This document shows positions 9,630 through 17,331 of a DNA stretch of 38,859 nucleotides, one piece after another. Position 1 is the stretch's first letter; every line of letters begins with the position of its first letter. Below the pieces are notes generated by a model. The model was given only the letters and a program-made list of their open reading frames with translations, did not search any database and was not told the origin of the DNA. The translations under genes and the position numbers were made by a program. Origin of the DNA: an uncultured Nitrospirales bacterium (GTDB lineage Bacteria > Nitrospirota > JACRHL01); contig CAZGRJ010000008.1 in NCBI GenBank assembly GCA_964528115.1, positions 1-38,859 of the forward strand, read 5' to 3'.

Positions 9630-10516
9630 TCACCGGTGTCCACGGCTTCATCGGGTCCACCGTGGGCTTCTTCGCCCTGGCCCGGGGCCACGACGTCCTG
9701 GGCATCGACCTGCCGTACCAGGCCCCCGAGGGCTGGACCGGCGCCTACCGCCGGCTGGACGCGGCGCTGGCCGACGTGGCGGGCCCCGTGGCGGCGTACG
9801 CCCCCGACGTCGTGCTGCATGCCGCCGGGGCGGCGTCGGTGGGCGCCTCCTACGCGGCCCCGAAGGAGGACATGCACGCCGCCGTCCTGACCTGGGAGAA
9901 CGTGCTGGAGGGCATCCGGCGCTCGGGCGTCCGGCCGGTCGTCGTGTTCCCGTCCAGTGCCGCCGTGTACGGCGACCCCGAGCGGCTCCCGATCGGGGAG
10001 GACACGGCGCCGGACCCCATCTCGCCCTACGGCTTCCACAAGTGCATATGCGAGGTGCTGGCCCGCGAGTACGTGAAGTGCTACGGTCTGCGCGTGGTGG
10101 TGGCGCGCCTGTTCTCCGTGTACGGGCCGCGCCAGCGGCGTCTGCTCCTGTGGGAGTTGTTCACGCGGGCCGTGGGCCCCGATCCGGAGATCGTGCTCGA
10201 GGGCACCGGCAAGGAAACCCGCGACTACCTGTTCGCGGACGACGCGGCGGCCGCGCTGCTCGAGGTGTCCGCGCGCCGTCCGGACGGGTTGACGGTCCTG
10301 AACGTGGCCTCCGGCGAGGCGATCGACACGGCGACCCTGGCGGCGCTCGTGGGACGCCTGACCGGGGGCGCCAAGCCCGTGCGGGCGCGGGGCGCGGAGC
10401 GCGCGGGCGACCCCCGCAACTGGCGCGCCGACGTGGGGCGGCTGAAGTCCCTGGGTGCCGCGGCCCACCGGCCCCTGGAGGCGGGCGTGCGGGCGTGCGT
10501 GGAGGCGTGGCGGTGA
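9617..10516 (+). CDS. NAD-dependent epimerase/dehydratase (extended SDR)
   Basis: GTG 9617 inside ORF 8519..10516, with a 13-nt overlap on the upstream gene. Motifs: LLITGVHGFIGS (GxxGxxG), SSAAVYG, and YGFHKCICE (catalytic YxxxK). Confidence 0.85.
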   Translation: MRLLITGVHGFIGSTVGFFALARGHDVLGIDLPYQAPEGWTGAYRRLDAALADVAGPVAAYAPDVVLHAAGAASVGASYAAPKEDMHAAVLTWENVLEGIRRSGVRPVVVFPSSAAVYGDPERLPIGEDTAPDPISPYGFHKCICEVLAREYVKCYGLRVVVARLFSVYGPRQRRLLLWELFTRAVGPDPEIVLEGTGKETRDYLFADDAAAALLEVSARRPDGLTVLNVASGEAIDTATLAALVGRLTGGAKPVRARGAERAGDPRNWRADVGRLKSLGAAAHRPLEAGVRACVEAWR

Positions 10517-11661
10517 GGGTCGCCCTGCCGGCCTTCGACGAGAGCGGCTGGACCGCCGGGGGCGTGTACGCGGAGATGATCGCCCGCTCCCTGCGCGCCG
10601 CCGGGGGCGACGACCTGGACATCGTCGTCTTCACCGCCGGCCCTCCGGGGCCCGGGGTGGGTGGCCGCTGGGAAGGCCTGGCCCGCCCGGTGCCCGCGCC
10701 GAACGTCACCCTGTTCGACCGGGGCGCCTTCCGCCTCGGCCTGCCGTGGCCCGACCCCGTGGAGCGCTGGTGCCTGACCCACAAGGTGGACGCCCTCCTG
10801 CTGCACCGCCGCCTGGGCGTGCCGTGGGCGCCGTTCAGGCGCATCCCGTGGATACCCGACTTCCAGCACAAGCACCTCCCGGAGCAGTTCTCCGCCGAGG
10901 ACAAGCGCGAGCGCGACAAGTCCCACGCCCTGTGCGGCCGCCTGGGGGACGCGATCCTGTGCTCCAGCCAGGCGTCGTGGGACGACTTCGTGCGCTTCCA
11001 CCCGCGCCACGCCGGCAAGGCGCGGGTCCAGCGCTTCCCGTCGCTCTACGCCTTTGTTCCGCCGCCCGAGAAGCCCGGCGACGCGGTCCGGCGCTACCAC
11101 CTGCCCCAGAAGTTCGCCCTGGTGGCGAACCAGTTCTGGGCCCACAAGAACCACCGCGTCGTGGTGGAGGCGGTCGCCCTGCTGGCGGCGCGCGGCGTGC
11201 GGGTGCCGGTGGCGTTCACGGGCCTGCCGGCGGACTACCGCGATCCGGAAAACGCCAACGTCTCGGCGCTCCTCCAGGCGATCGCCCGGGAGGGCCTGGC
11301 GGGACAGGTGGTGCCCCTGGGCCTCGTGCCCAAGGCCGACCTCACGGACCTCCTGCGGGCCACAGCGGTGGTGATCCAGCCGTCGCGCTTCGAGGGCTGG
11401 AGCACGTCGGTGCAGGACGCGAGGGCCCTGGGCCGGCCGGTGATCTGCTCCGACCTGCCCGTGCACCGGGAGCAGGCCCCGGACGCCCTGGGCCACTTCG
11501 GCTGCGACGACCCCAAAGCCCTGGCGGACATCCTGGAGCGGTCCTGGCCGGGCCTCTCCCCGGGCCCCAACGTGGACCGCGAGCGCGCCGCCCTGGCCGA
11601 CCACCAGGCCTTCGCCGCCACCCACGGCACGGCCCTGCTCGACCTGTGCCGGGGGCGGTAA
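10513..11661 (+). CDS. glycosyltransferase family 4-like (GT-B)
   Basis: GTG 10513 (GTGA overlap with upstream stop) inside ORF 10042..11661. The C-terminal block is FALVANQFWAHKNHRVVVEAV...AVVIQPSRFEGWSTSVQDARALGRPVICSDLPVHREQ (E-x7-type motif). Confidence 0.8.
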   Translation: MRVALPAFDESGWTAGGVYAEMIARSLRAAGGDDLDIVVFTAGPPGPGVGGRWEGLARPVPAPNVTLFDRGAFRLGLPWPDPVERWCLTHKVDALLLHRRLGVPWAPFRRIPWIPDFQHKHLPEQFSAEDKRERDKSHALCGRLGDAILCSSQASWDDFVRFHPRHAGKARVQRFPSLYAFVPPPEKPGDAVRRYHLPQKFALVANQFWAHKNHRVVVEAVALLAARGVRVPVAFTGLPADYRDPENANVSALLQAIAREGLAGQVVPLGLVPKADLTDLLRATAVVIQPSRFEGWSTSVQDARALGRPVICSDLPVHREQAPDALGHFGCDDPKALADILERSWPGLSPGPNVDRERAALADHQAFAATHGTALLDLCRGR

Positions 11662-11708
11662 TGGGGGCGGGCACTGCCGCCGCGCGGGCGGGCCGGTCCC
11701 CGCTCGCG

Positions 11709-12374
11709 TCAGCCCTCCGTGCCGGGCGGCGTCGGCGTCCCGGTTTCTGCGAGCCCGTCGAAGGTGTAGCCGAAGCGCTCGATGTCGGCCTTGAACGCCT
11801 GGGCCACCAGGTCGCGGGAGGCGTCCGAGTAGTAGGACCGGTAGTCCGCGTGGCGGCTGCGGTTGACGTGGGGAATCGTGATCGGCGGGATGCCGATGCG
11901 GGGGCAGATGCGGGCAAAGTCGTCGTCGAGGCGTTCCATGTGCCCGACGTAATCGACGATCAACGCCCCGGAGTCGTCGGTGACGAACGACTCTTGAAGG
12001 TGGAGGTCCTCCTCCACCCGCCAACGCAGGTAGTCATCGAACGAGGCGAGCGAGCGTGCCAGGGCGTGCTGGTGGTGCGCGGGCTGCTTGAGCATGAAGT
12101 GGTAGAGGGACACCTGCCAGTCCCACGGGTTGCGGACGAACGCGAACTTGAAGCAACGGCCGAACAGGTCCGCCCCGAGCAGCTCCCGGGCCTGGAGCGC
12201 CGTCAGATGAGGTTCGGGAAAGCGCGGGCGGTAGACGCGCCCCACCACCGGCATGCGCGCCAGGCGGCGTTTCCACGCGTCGTCGCAATAAGGCTCGAGG
12301 GCCCGCCGGATGCTGGTCCCGGCCACCTTGTACACGTGGATGAAGATGAAGCCGTGACGGCGCGACACGAGCAT
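11709..12374 (-). CDS. sulfotransferase, Sulfotransfer_2-like (carbohydrate sulfotransferase type)
   Basis: This is the only minus-strand gene in the glycan locus. The N-terminal loop FIFIHVYKVAGTSIRRAL, then FAFVRNPWDWQVS and IPHVNRSRH, match the layout I associate with that family. ATG 12374 is preferred (GGAAG 7 nt upstream). GTG 12380 is the ORF-track start. Confidence 0.75.
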   Translation of the reverse strand: MLVSRRHGFIFIHVYKVAGTSIRRALEPYCDDAWKRRLARMPVVGRVYRPRFPEPHLTALQARELLGADLFGRCFKFAFVRNPWDWQVSLYHFMLKQPAHHQHALARSLASFDDYLRWRVEEDLHLQESFVTDDSGALIVDYVGHMERLDDDFARICPRIGIPPITIPHVNRSRHADYRSYYSDASRDLVAQAFKADIERFGYTFDGLAETGTPTPPGTEG

Positions 12375-12481
12375 GGGCACACTTCCGGGATGGGGCCGAT
12401 TTCGGGCCCTAGCATAGCATTCCGGCCACGAGCGGCCGTCGCGCGACGCGCCCGGAACGCGGTCGGCGCGGCCGAGACGCC

Positions 12482-13402
12482 GTGACCCCCACTCCCCGCA
12501 TCTCCATCGTCACCCCCTGCCTCAACCGGGCGGACTTCGTCGCCGAGGCGGTGGAGAGCGTCCTGGAACAGGGGTATCCGGACGTGGAGCACATCGTCGT
12601 GGACGGCGGCTCCACCGACGGCACCCTGGAGGTGCTCGCGCGCTACCCGCACCTGAAGGTGGTTTCCGAGCCCGATACCGGGCTGTACGACGCCCTCAAC
12701 AAGGGCATCCGCATGACGACCGGCGACGTGATCGGCCACCTGAACAGCGACGACCTCTATCCCCCGGACACCTTCCGGGCGGTGGTGGAGGGGTTCGCGC
12801 GGCCGGGCGTGGATATGATCTCCGGCGGCGCCGATGTCCTCGCGGCGGGTCCGGACGGCGCCTGGCGCACCGTGCGTGCCTACCCCGCGGCCCGCTACGG
12901 GGCCCTGCGACTGAACGAGATCACGGAAGGCGTGCCCATCATCAACGCCCGCTTCTTCCGCCGCGCGGTGTACGACCGGGTGGGCCTGTACGACACCGCT
13001 TACCCCATCGCGGCCGACCGCGACTTCCTCCTGCGCGTCCACATGGCGCGGCTCGGGGAGGCGGTGGTGGACCGGACCCTGTACCACTACCGCGCCCACC
13101 CGGGCTCGCTCACCATCCACGCCCGGAATCCGCGACCCCTCGATCCGATCCGCGAGTATCTCCGGATGGCCGCGCGCTACGGCGAGGACGCCGCAACCCC
13201 GCCCGACGTGCGCCGCGCCTGCCGAGGCTGGTACGGCAAGGAGGCCATGGACGGGGCGATCGAGGCCCTGCGTATGCTCCGGCCCGCCGAGGCCCTCCGG
13301 TTCGCGTGGCTCGGGTGGCGCCGTGCCCCGCTCTTTCCCGCGTCGCTGGCGGGCTCCATCCTGTGGCGCATGGTGCGCTGGCCGTTCAAGACAACCGGAT
13401 GA
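12482..13402 (+). CDS. glycosyltransferase family 2
   Basis: GTG 12482. Motifs: RISIVTPCLNRADFVAEAVESVLEQ...HIVVDGGSTDGT...GHLNSDDLY. Confidence 0.85.
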   Translation: MTPTPRISIVTPCLNRADFVAEAVESVLEQGYPDVEHIVVDGGSTDGTLEVLARYPHLKVVSEPDTGLYDALNKGIRMTTGDVIGHLNSDDLYPPDTFRAVVEGFARPGVDMISGGADVLAAGPDGAWRTVRAYPAARYGALRLNEITEGVPIINARFFRRAVYDRVGLYDTAYPIAADRDFLLRVHMARLGEAVVDRTLYHYRAHPGSLTIHARNPRPLDPIREYLRMAARYGEDAATPPDVRRACRGWYGKEAMDGAIEALRMLRPAEALRFAWLGWRRAPLFPASLAGSILWRMVRWPFKTTG

Positions 13403-14304
13403 CGGGCCCGCGGGTCAGCGTCGTGATCCCCGCGTACAACCGCGAGGCCACCATTGAGCGGGCGATGCGGAGCGTCCTGGAGCAGTCCGTGCGCGACCTG
13501 GAGCTGATCGTCGTGGACGACGCCTCCACCGACGACACGGTCAAGGCCGTGGAGGCGGTGGGCGACACCCGCGTCCGCGTCCTGCGCCACGAAACCAACC
13601 GCCGCGCCGGCGCCGCCCGCAACACGGGCATCCGGGCGGCCACGGGCGACTACGTGGCCTTCCTCGACTCGGACGACGCGTGGCTGCCGGGCAAGCTGGA
13701 AAAGCAGCTCGCGTACATGGACGGGGCCGCGGACGTCGGGGCCAGCTGCACCGGGTTCCGCCTCGTGGACGGGAACGAGGTCTTTCCCCGGGTTCCCAGG
13801 TTCGTGACCTACCGGGAAATCCTCATGGGGTGCGACCTGGCGCCGGGCTCCACGCTGGTGGTGCGGCGCGGTGTCTTCGACGAGGTGGGCCTGAACGACG
13901 AGCGCTTCTACCGCTACGAGGACTGGGACTGGGTTCTGCGCTATGCCGCGGCGCACCCAATGGGCGTGCTGGCCGAGCCCCTCGCGGAGGTGTACCGGGG
14001 CGGCTATCCGCCCGCCGCGCCCATGGCGGGGGCTGCGCGGTACTTCCTGGAGAAGCACGCGGACGCCCTGGCGGCGTTGGGGCCGGCGTTCCGCCGCAAG
14101 GTGGCCGCACTGCGCTGGTTCGAGGTGTCCCACCACTACCTGCGCGAGCGCGCCTTCGGCCCGGGCCTGGCCTACTTCCTCCGGGGCGTGTTCACCTGGC
14201 CCCTCGTCCGCCCCGGCATGTACGTCCTGGCCCTGGACGCGGCCCTCGGCACGTCGCTCCAGCGCCGCCTGTGGCGGCTGCGGCGCGCGGCGGGGGGGAC
14301 GTAG
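13399..14304 (+). CDS. glycosyltransferase family 2
   Basis: ATG 13399 (ATGA overlap) inside ORF 13306..14304. Motifs: RVSVVIPAYNREATIERAMRSVLEQ...LIVVDDASTDDT...AFLDSDDAWLPGKL. Confidence 0.85.
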   Translation: MTGPRVSVVIPAYNREATIERAMRSVLEQSVRDLELIVVDDASTDDTVKAVEAVGDTRVRVLRHETNRRAGAARNTGIRAATGDYVAFLDSDDAWLPGKLEKQLAYMDGAADVGASCTGFRLVDGNEVFPRVPRFVTYREILMGCDLAPGSTLVVRRGVFDEVGLNDERFYRYEDWDWVLRYAAAHPMGVLAEPLAEVYRGGYPPAAPMAGAARYFLEKHADALAALGPAFRRKVAALRWFEVSHHYLRERAFGPGLAYFLRGVFTWPLVRPGMYVLALDAALGTSLQRRLWRLRRAAGGT

Positions 14305-14308
14305 GACC

Positions 14309-16243
14309 ATGTGCGGCATCGCGGGCATGCTCGAGCCGGGCGGGGCGGACTCGGAGGTCCTGGCGGCCATGACGGACGTCCTGGTCCACCGGGGGCCGGA
14401 CGACTCGGGCCTGTGGATCGACGCCGAGGCGGGCGCGGCCCTGGGACACACGCGTCTGGCGGTGCTCGACCTCTCGCCCCAGGGGCACCAGCCCATGGTG
14501 AGCTCCAGCGGGCGCTATGTCCTCGCATACAACGGCGAGGCGTACAACTTCGAGGGGCTGCGCACCGAGCTGGAGGCCGCCGGCGCGGACTTCCGGGGCC
14601 GGTCCGACACCGAGGTGGTCCTGGCCGCCATGGAGACGTGGGGCCCCGAGCCGACCCTGGGGCGCATGGTGGGCATGTTCGCCCTCGCCCTGTGGGACCG
14701 GCAGTCCCGCCGCCTGCTCCTGGCCCGCGACCGCATGGGGGAGAAGCCGCTCTACCACGGCTGGCAGGGCGACGCCTTCCTGTTCGGCTCCGAGCCCGCG
14801 GCCCTCGCCCGGCACCCGAAGTTCCGGGGCGAGATCGACCGGGACGCCCTGTGCCTGTTCCTGCGCCACAACTACGTGCCGGCGCCGTTCTCCATCTACC
14901 GCGGCATCCACAAGCTGCCGCCCGGCACGTACCTGTGGGTGGACCCGGCCGCCCCCGGTGCCGCGCCCGAGCCGGTGCCGTACTGGTCCCTGACGGCGAT
15001 CGCCGAGGCGGGGGCGGCGGCGCCCTTCGCGGGCGGCGACGCGGAGGCCCAGGACGCCCTGGAGGCCCTCTTGCGCGAGGTCCTGCGGGGCCAGCGCGTG
15101 GCCGACGTGCCCCTCGGGGTCTTCCTGTCGGGCGGGATCGACTCGTCCACCGTGACGGCCCTGCTCCAGTCCGAGTCCGAGCGGCCGGTGCGGACGTTCA
15201 CCATCGGCTTCGCCGAGGCCGGATACGACGAGGCCCCCCACGCCAAGGCGGTGGCGAAGCACCTGGGGACGGAGCACACGGAGCTGTACGTGGGCCCGGA
15301 CGACGCCCTCGCCCTGGTGCCCGAGCTGCCGAAGGTGTGGAGCGAGCCGTTCGCCGACGTGGCCCAGGTCCCGACGCTGCTGTTGTGCCGCATGGCGCGG
15401 AAGCACGTCACCGTGGCCCTGTCGGGGGACGGGGGCGACGAGCTGTTCTTCGGCTACGACCGCTACGCCACCGCCCGGGCCGTGTGGAGCACCGCCGGGA
15501 AGCTGCCCGACCCGGTCCGCCAGGCGGGCGCCGGGCTCCTGCGCAAGCTGCCGGCGGAGGGGTGGGACCGGGCCCTGGGCTGGACCGGGCCGCTCCTCGC
15601 GCGCTACGGCCGGGCGTCGGTGGGGGAGAAGGTCCACGCCGCGGCGGGCTTCCTGGCGGCCGAGGGGCCCGAGGCGATCTACCGCCGCCTGGTCTCCCAC
15701 TGGACGAACCCGGCGGGGCTCGTGCCGGGCGCGGCGGAGCCCCCGACGGTCCTCACGGACCCGGCGCGCTGGCCGGCCCTCAAGGACCTCCCGTCCCGCA
15801 TGATGGCCTGGGACATGCTGAGCTACCTGCCCGACGACGTCCTGGTGAAGGTGGACCGGGCGGCGATGGCGGTCAGCCTGGAGACTCGCGAGCCGCTCCT
15901 GGACCACCGCCTCGTCGCCTTCGTCTGGCGCCTGCCCCTCGCCATGAAGACCCGGGGCGGCAGGTCCAAGTGGCTGCTTCGGAGGGTCCTGCACAAGCAC
16001 GTCCCGGCGGACCTGGTGGAGCGCCCCAAGGCGGGCTTCGCCGTCCCGGTGGGGGAGTGGCTGCGGGGTCCCCTGCGCGACTGGGCCGAATCGCTCCTGG
16101 ACGAGGCCCGCCTGCGCCGCGAGGGCTACCTGGACCCGGCCCCGATCCGGCGCAAGTGGGCGGAGCACCTCGCGGGCACCCACGACTGGCGCCACCACCT
16201 GTGGGACGTGCTCATGTTCCAGGCCTGGCTGGAGGGCCGTTGA
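14309..16243 (+). CDS. asnB: asparagine synthase (glutamine-hydrolysing) family amidotransferase, glycan-locus type
   Basis: ATG 14309 inside ORF 13943..16243. MCGIAGM provides the N-terminal Cys nucleophile. Other motifs are HRGPDD, LAYNGEAYNF, and the PP-loop FLSGGIDSSTV. Confidence 0.9.
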   Translation: MCGIAGMLEPGGADSEVLAAMTDVLVHRGPDDSGLWIDAEAGAALGHTRLAVLDLSPQGHQPMVSSSGRYVLAYNGEAYNFEGLRTELEAAGADFRGRSDTEVVLAAMETWGPEPTLGRMVGMFALALWDRQSRRLLLARDRMGEKPLYHGWQGDAFLFGSEPAALARHPKFRGEIDRDALCLFLRHNYVPAPFSIYRGIHKLPPGTYLWVDPAAPGAAPEPVPYWSLTAIAEAGAAAPFAGGDAEAQDALEALLREVLRGQRVADVPLGVFLSGGIDSSTVTALLQSESERPVRTFTIGFAEAGYDEAPHAKAVAKHLGTEHTELYVGPDDALALVPELPKVWSEPFADVAQVPTLLLCRMARKHVTVALSGDGGDELFFGYDRYATARAVWSTAGKLPDPVRQAGAGLLRKLPAEGWDRALGWTGPLLARYGRASVGEKVHAAAGFLAAEGPEAIYRRLVSHWTNPAGLVPGAAEPPTVLTDPARWPALKDLPSRMMAWDMLSYLPDDVLVKVDRAAMAVSLETREPLLDHRLVAFVWRLPLAMKTRGGRSKWLLRRVLHKHVPADLVERPKAGFAVPVGEWLRGPLRDWAESLLDEARLRREGYLDPAPIRRKWAEHLAGTHDWRHHLWDVLMFQAWLEGR

Positions 16244-17331
16244 GCCGGGTCTGCGTCCTGTTCACCATCCCGACGCTGGAGGGGGGCGGCGCGGAGCGGG
16301 TGTTCGTGACCCTGCTGCGCCACCTGGACCGGGAGCGCTTCGAGCCGCACCTGGCCCTGGTCGAGCGCAAGGGGGGTTACCTGGCCGACCTGCCGGACGA
16401 CGTGCCCGTTTATGTGCTGGGCGGACGCAACCCCCTCTCGTTCCTGCGCCTTCTACGGCTCATCCGGCGCCTGCGGCCGGACACGGTCTTTTCGACCCTC
16501 ACCTTTCACAACACCCTCGTCCTCCTGCTCAAGCCGTTCGCGCCCAAGGGCACGCGGTTCGTGGCGCGGGAGACCTGCCTGCCCACGGTGCACGTGCGCC
16601 GCATGCCCTACGGGTGGCTGCGCTGGCGGCTGTACGCGCCCGCGAACCGCCGGGCCGACGCGATGCTGTGCGAGACCGAGGACATGGCAGCCGACGTGGC
16701 GCGCGCGGGCGTGTCGCGGGAGCGCACCCGTGTCATCCCGAACCCCCTGGACATCGCCGCGATTGCGGCCCGTGCCGAGGTGGACGCGAACCCGTTCGGC
16801 CCGGGCCGCCATCTGGTCGGCGCCGGACGGTTCGTGCCCCAGAAGGGGTTTGACCTCCTGCTCCCGGCATTCGCCCAGGTGGCTGCTCGGCATCCGGACG
16901 TCACCCTGCACCTCCTGGGGCAGGGGCCGGACCGGGCCGCCCTGGAGCGCCGGGCCCGGGAGCTGGGGGTCGCCGGGCGGGTGGTCTTCGAGGGCTTTCA
17001 GGACAACCCCTTCCCCTGGTTCCGTCATGCCGACCTGTTCGTCCTGCCGTCCCGCTACGAGGGCTTCCCCAACGTGGTTCTGGAGGTCCTGAGCCTGGGG
17101 ACGCCGGTGGTGGCGTTCGCCTGCCCCGGTGGCACCGCGGTGATGGACGGTGTGAACGGCTGGACGGTGCCCGCCGGCGACGTGGGGGCCCTGGGCGAGC
17201 GTCTCACCGCCGCCCTGGACGGGTCCCTGCCCCCCCGGGACCGGGTCGCGGCCAGCGTGGCGCGGCACGACGTGAGCCGGGTCGTTCCCCGGGTGGAGGT
17301 CGCCCTGACCCCGGAGGGTGACGCCGCCTAG
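16240..17331 (+). CDS. glycosyltransferase family 4
   Basis: TTG 16240 (TTGA overlap with asnB stop, GGAGGG just upstream) inside ORF 14311..17331. The next in-frame starts are GTGs near 16300. Motifs: VCVLFTIPTLEGGGAERV..., GRFVPQKGFDLL, and DLFVLPSRYEGFPNVVLEVLSLGTPVVAF (E-x7-E). Confidence 0.8.
   Translation: MSRVCVLFTIPTLEGGGAERVFVTLLRHLDRERFEPHLALVERKGGYLADLPDDVPVYVLGGRNPLSFLRLLRLIRRLRPDTVFSTLTFHNTLVLLLKPFAPKGTRFVARETCLPTVHVRRMPYGWLRWRLYAPANRRADAMLCETEDMAADVARAGVSRERTRVIPNPLDIAAIAARAEVDANPFGPGRHLVGAGRFVPQKGFDLLLPAFAQVAARHPDVTLHLLGQGPDRAALERRARELGVAGRVVFEGFQDNPFPWFRHADLFVLPSRYEGFPNVVLEVLSLGTPVVAFACPGGTAVMDGVNGWTVPAGDVGALGERLTAALDGSLPPRDRVAASVARHDVSRVVPRVEVALTPEGDAA

Noticed and set aside
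14311-16239. Upstream two-thirds of the 1006-aa ORF 14311..17331, and analogous long 5' extensions of ORFs 66..2048, 3522..4970, 3845..5923, 5526..6521, 6344..7459, 6568..8472, 8519..10516, 10042..11661 and 13943..16243
   Set aside because: Each extension overlaps the preceding well-supported gene in a different frame and is Arg/Gly/Pro-rich. Each true gene begins at an internal start that overlaps or abuts the upstream stop codon.
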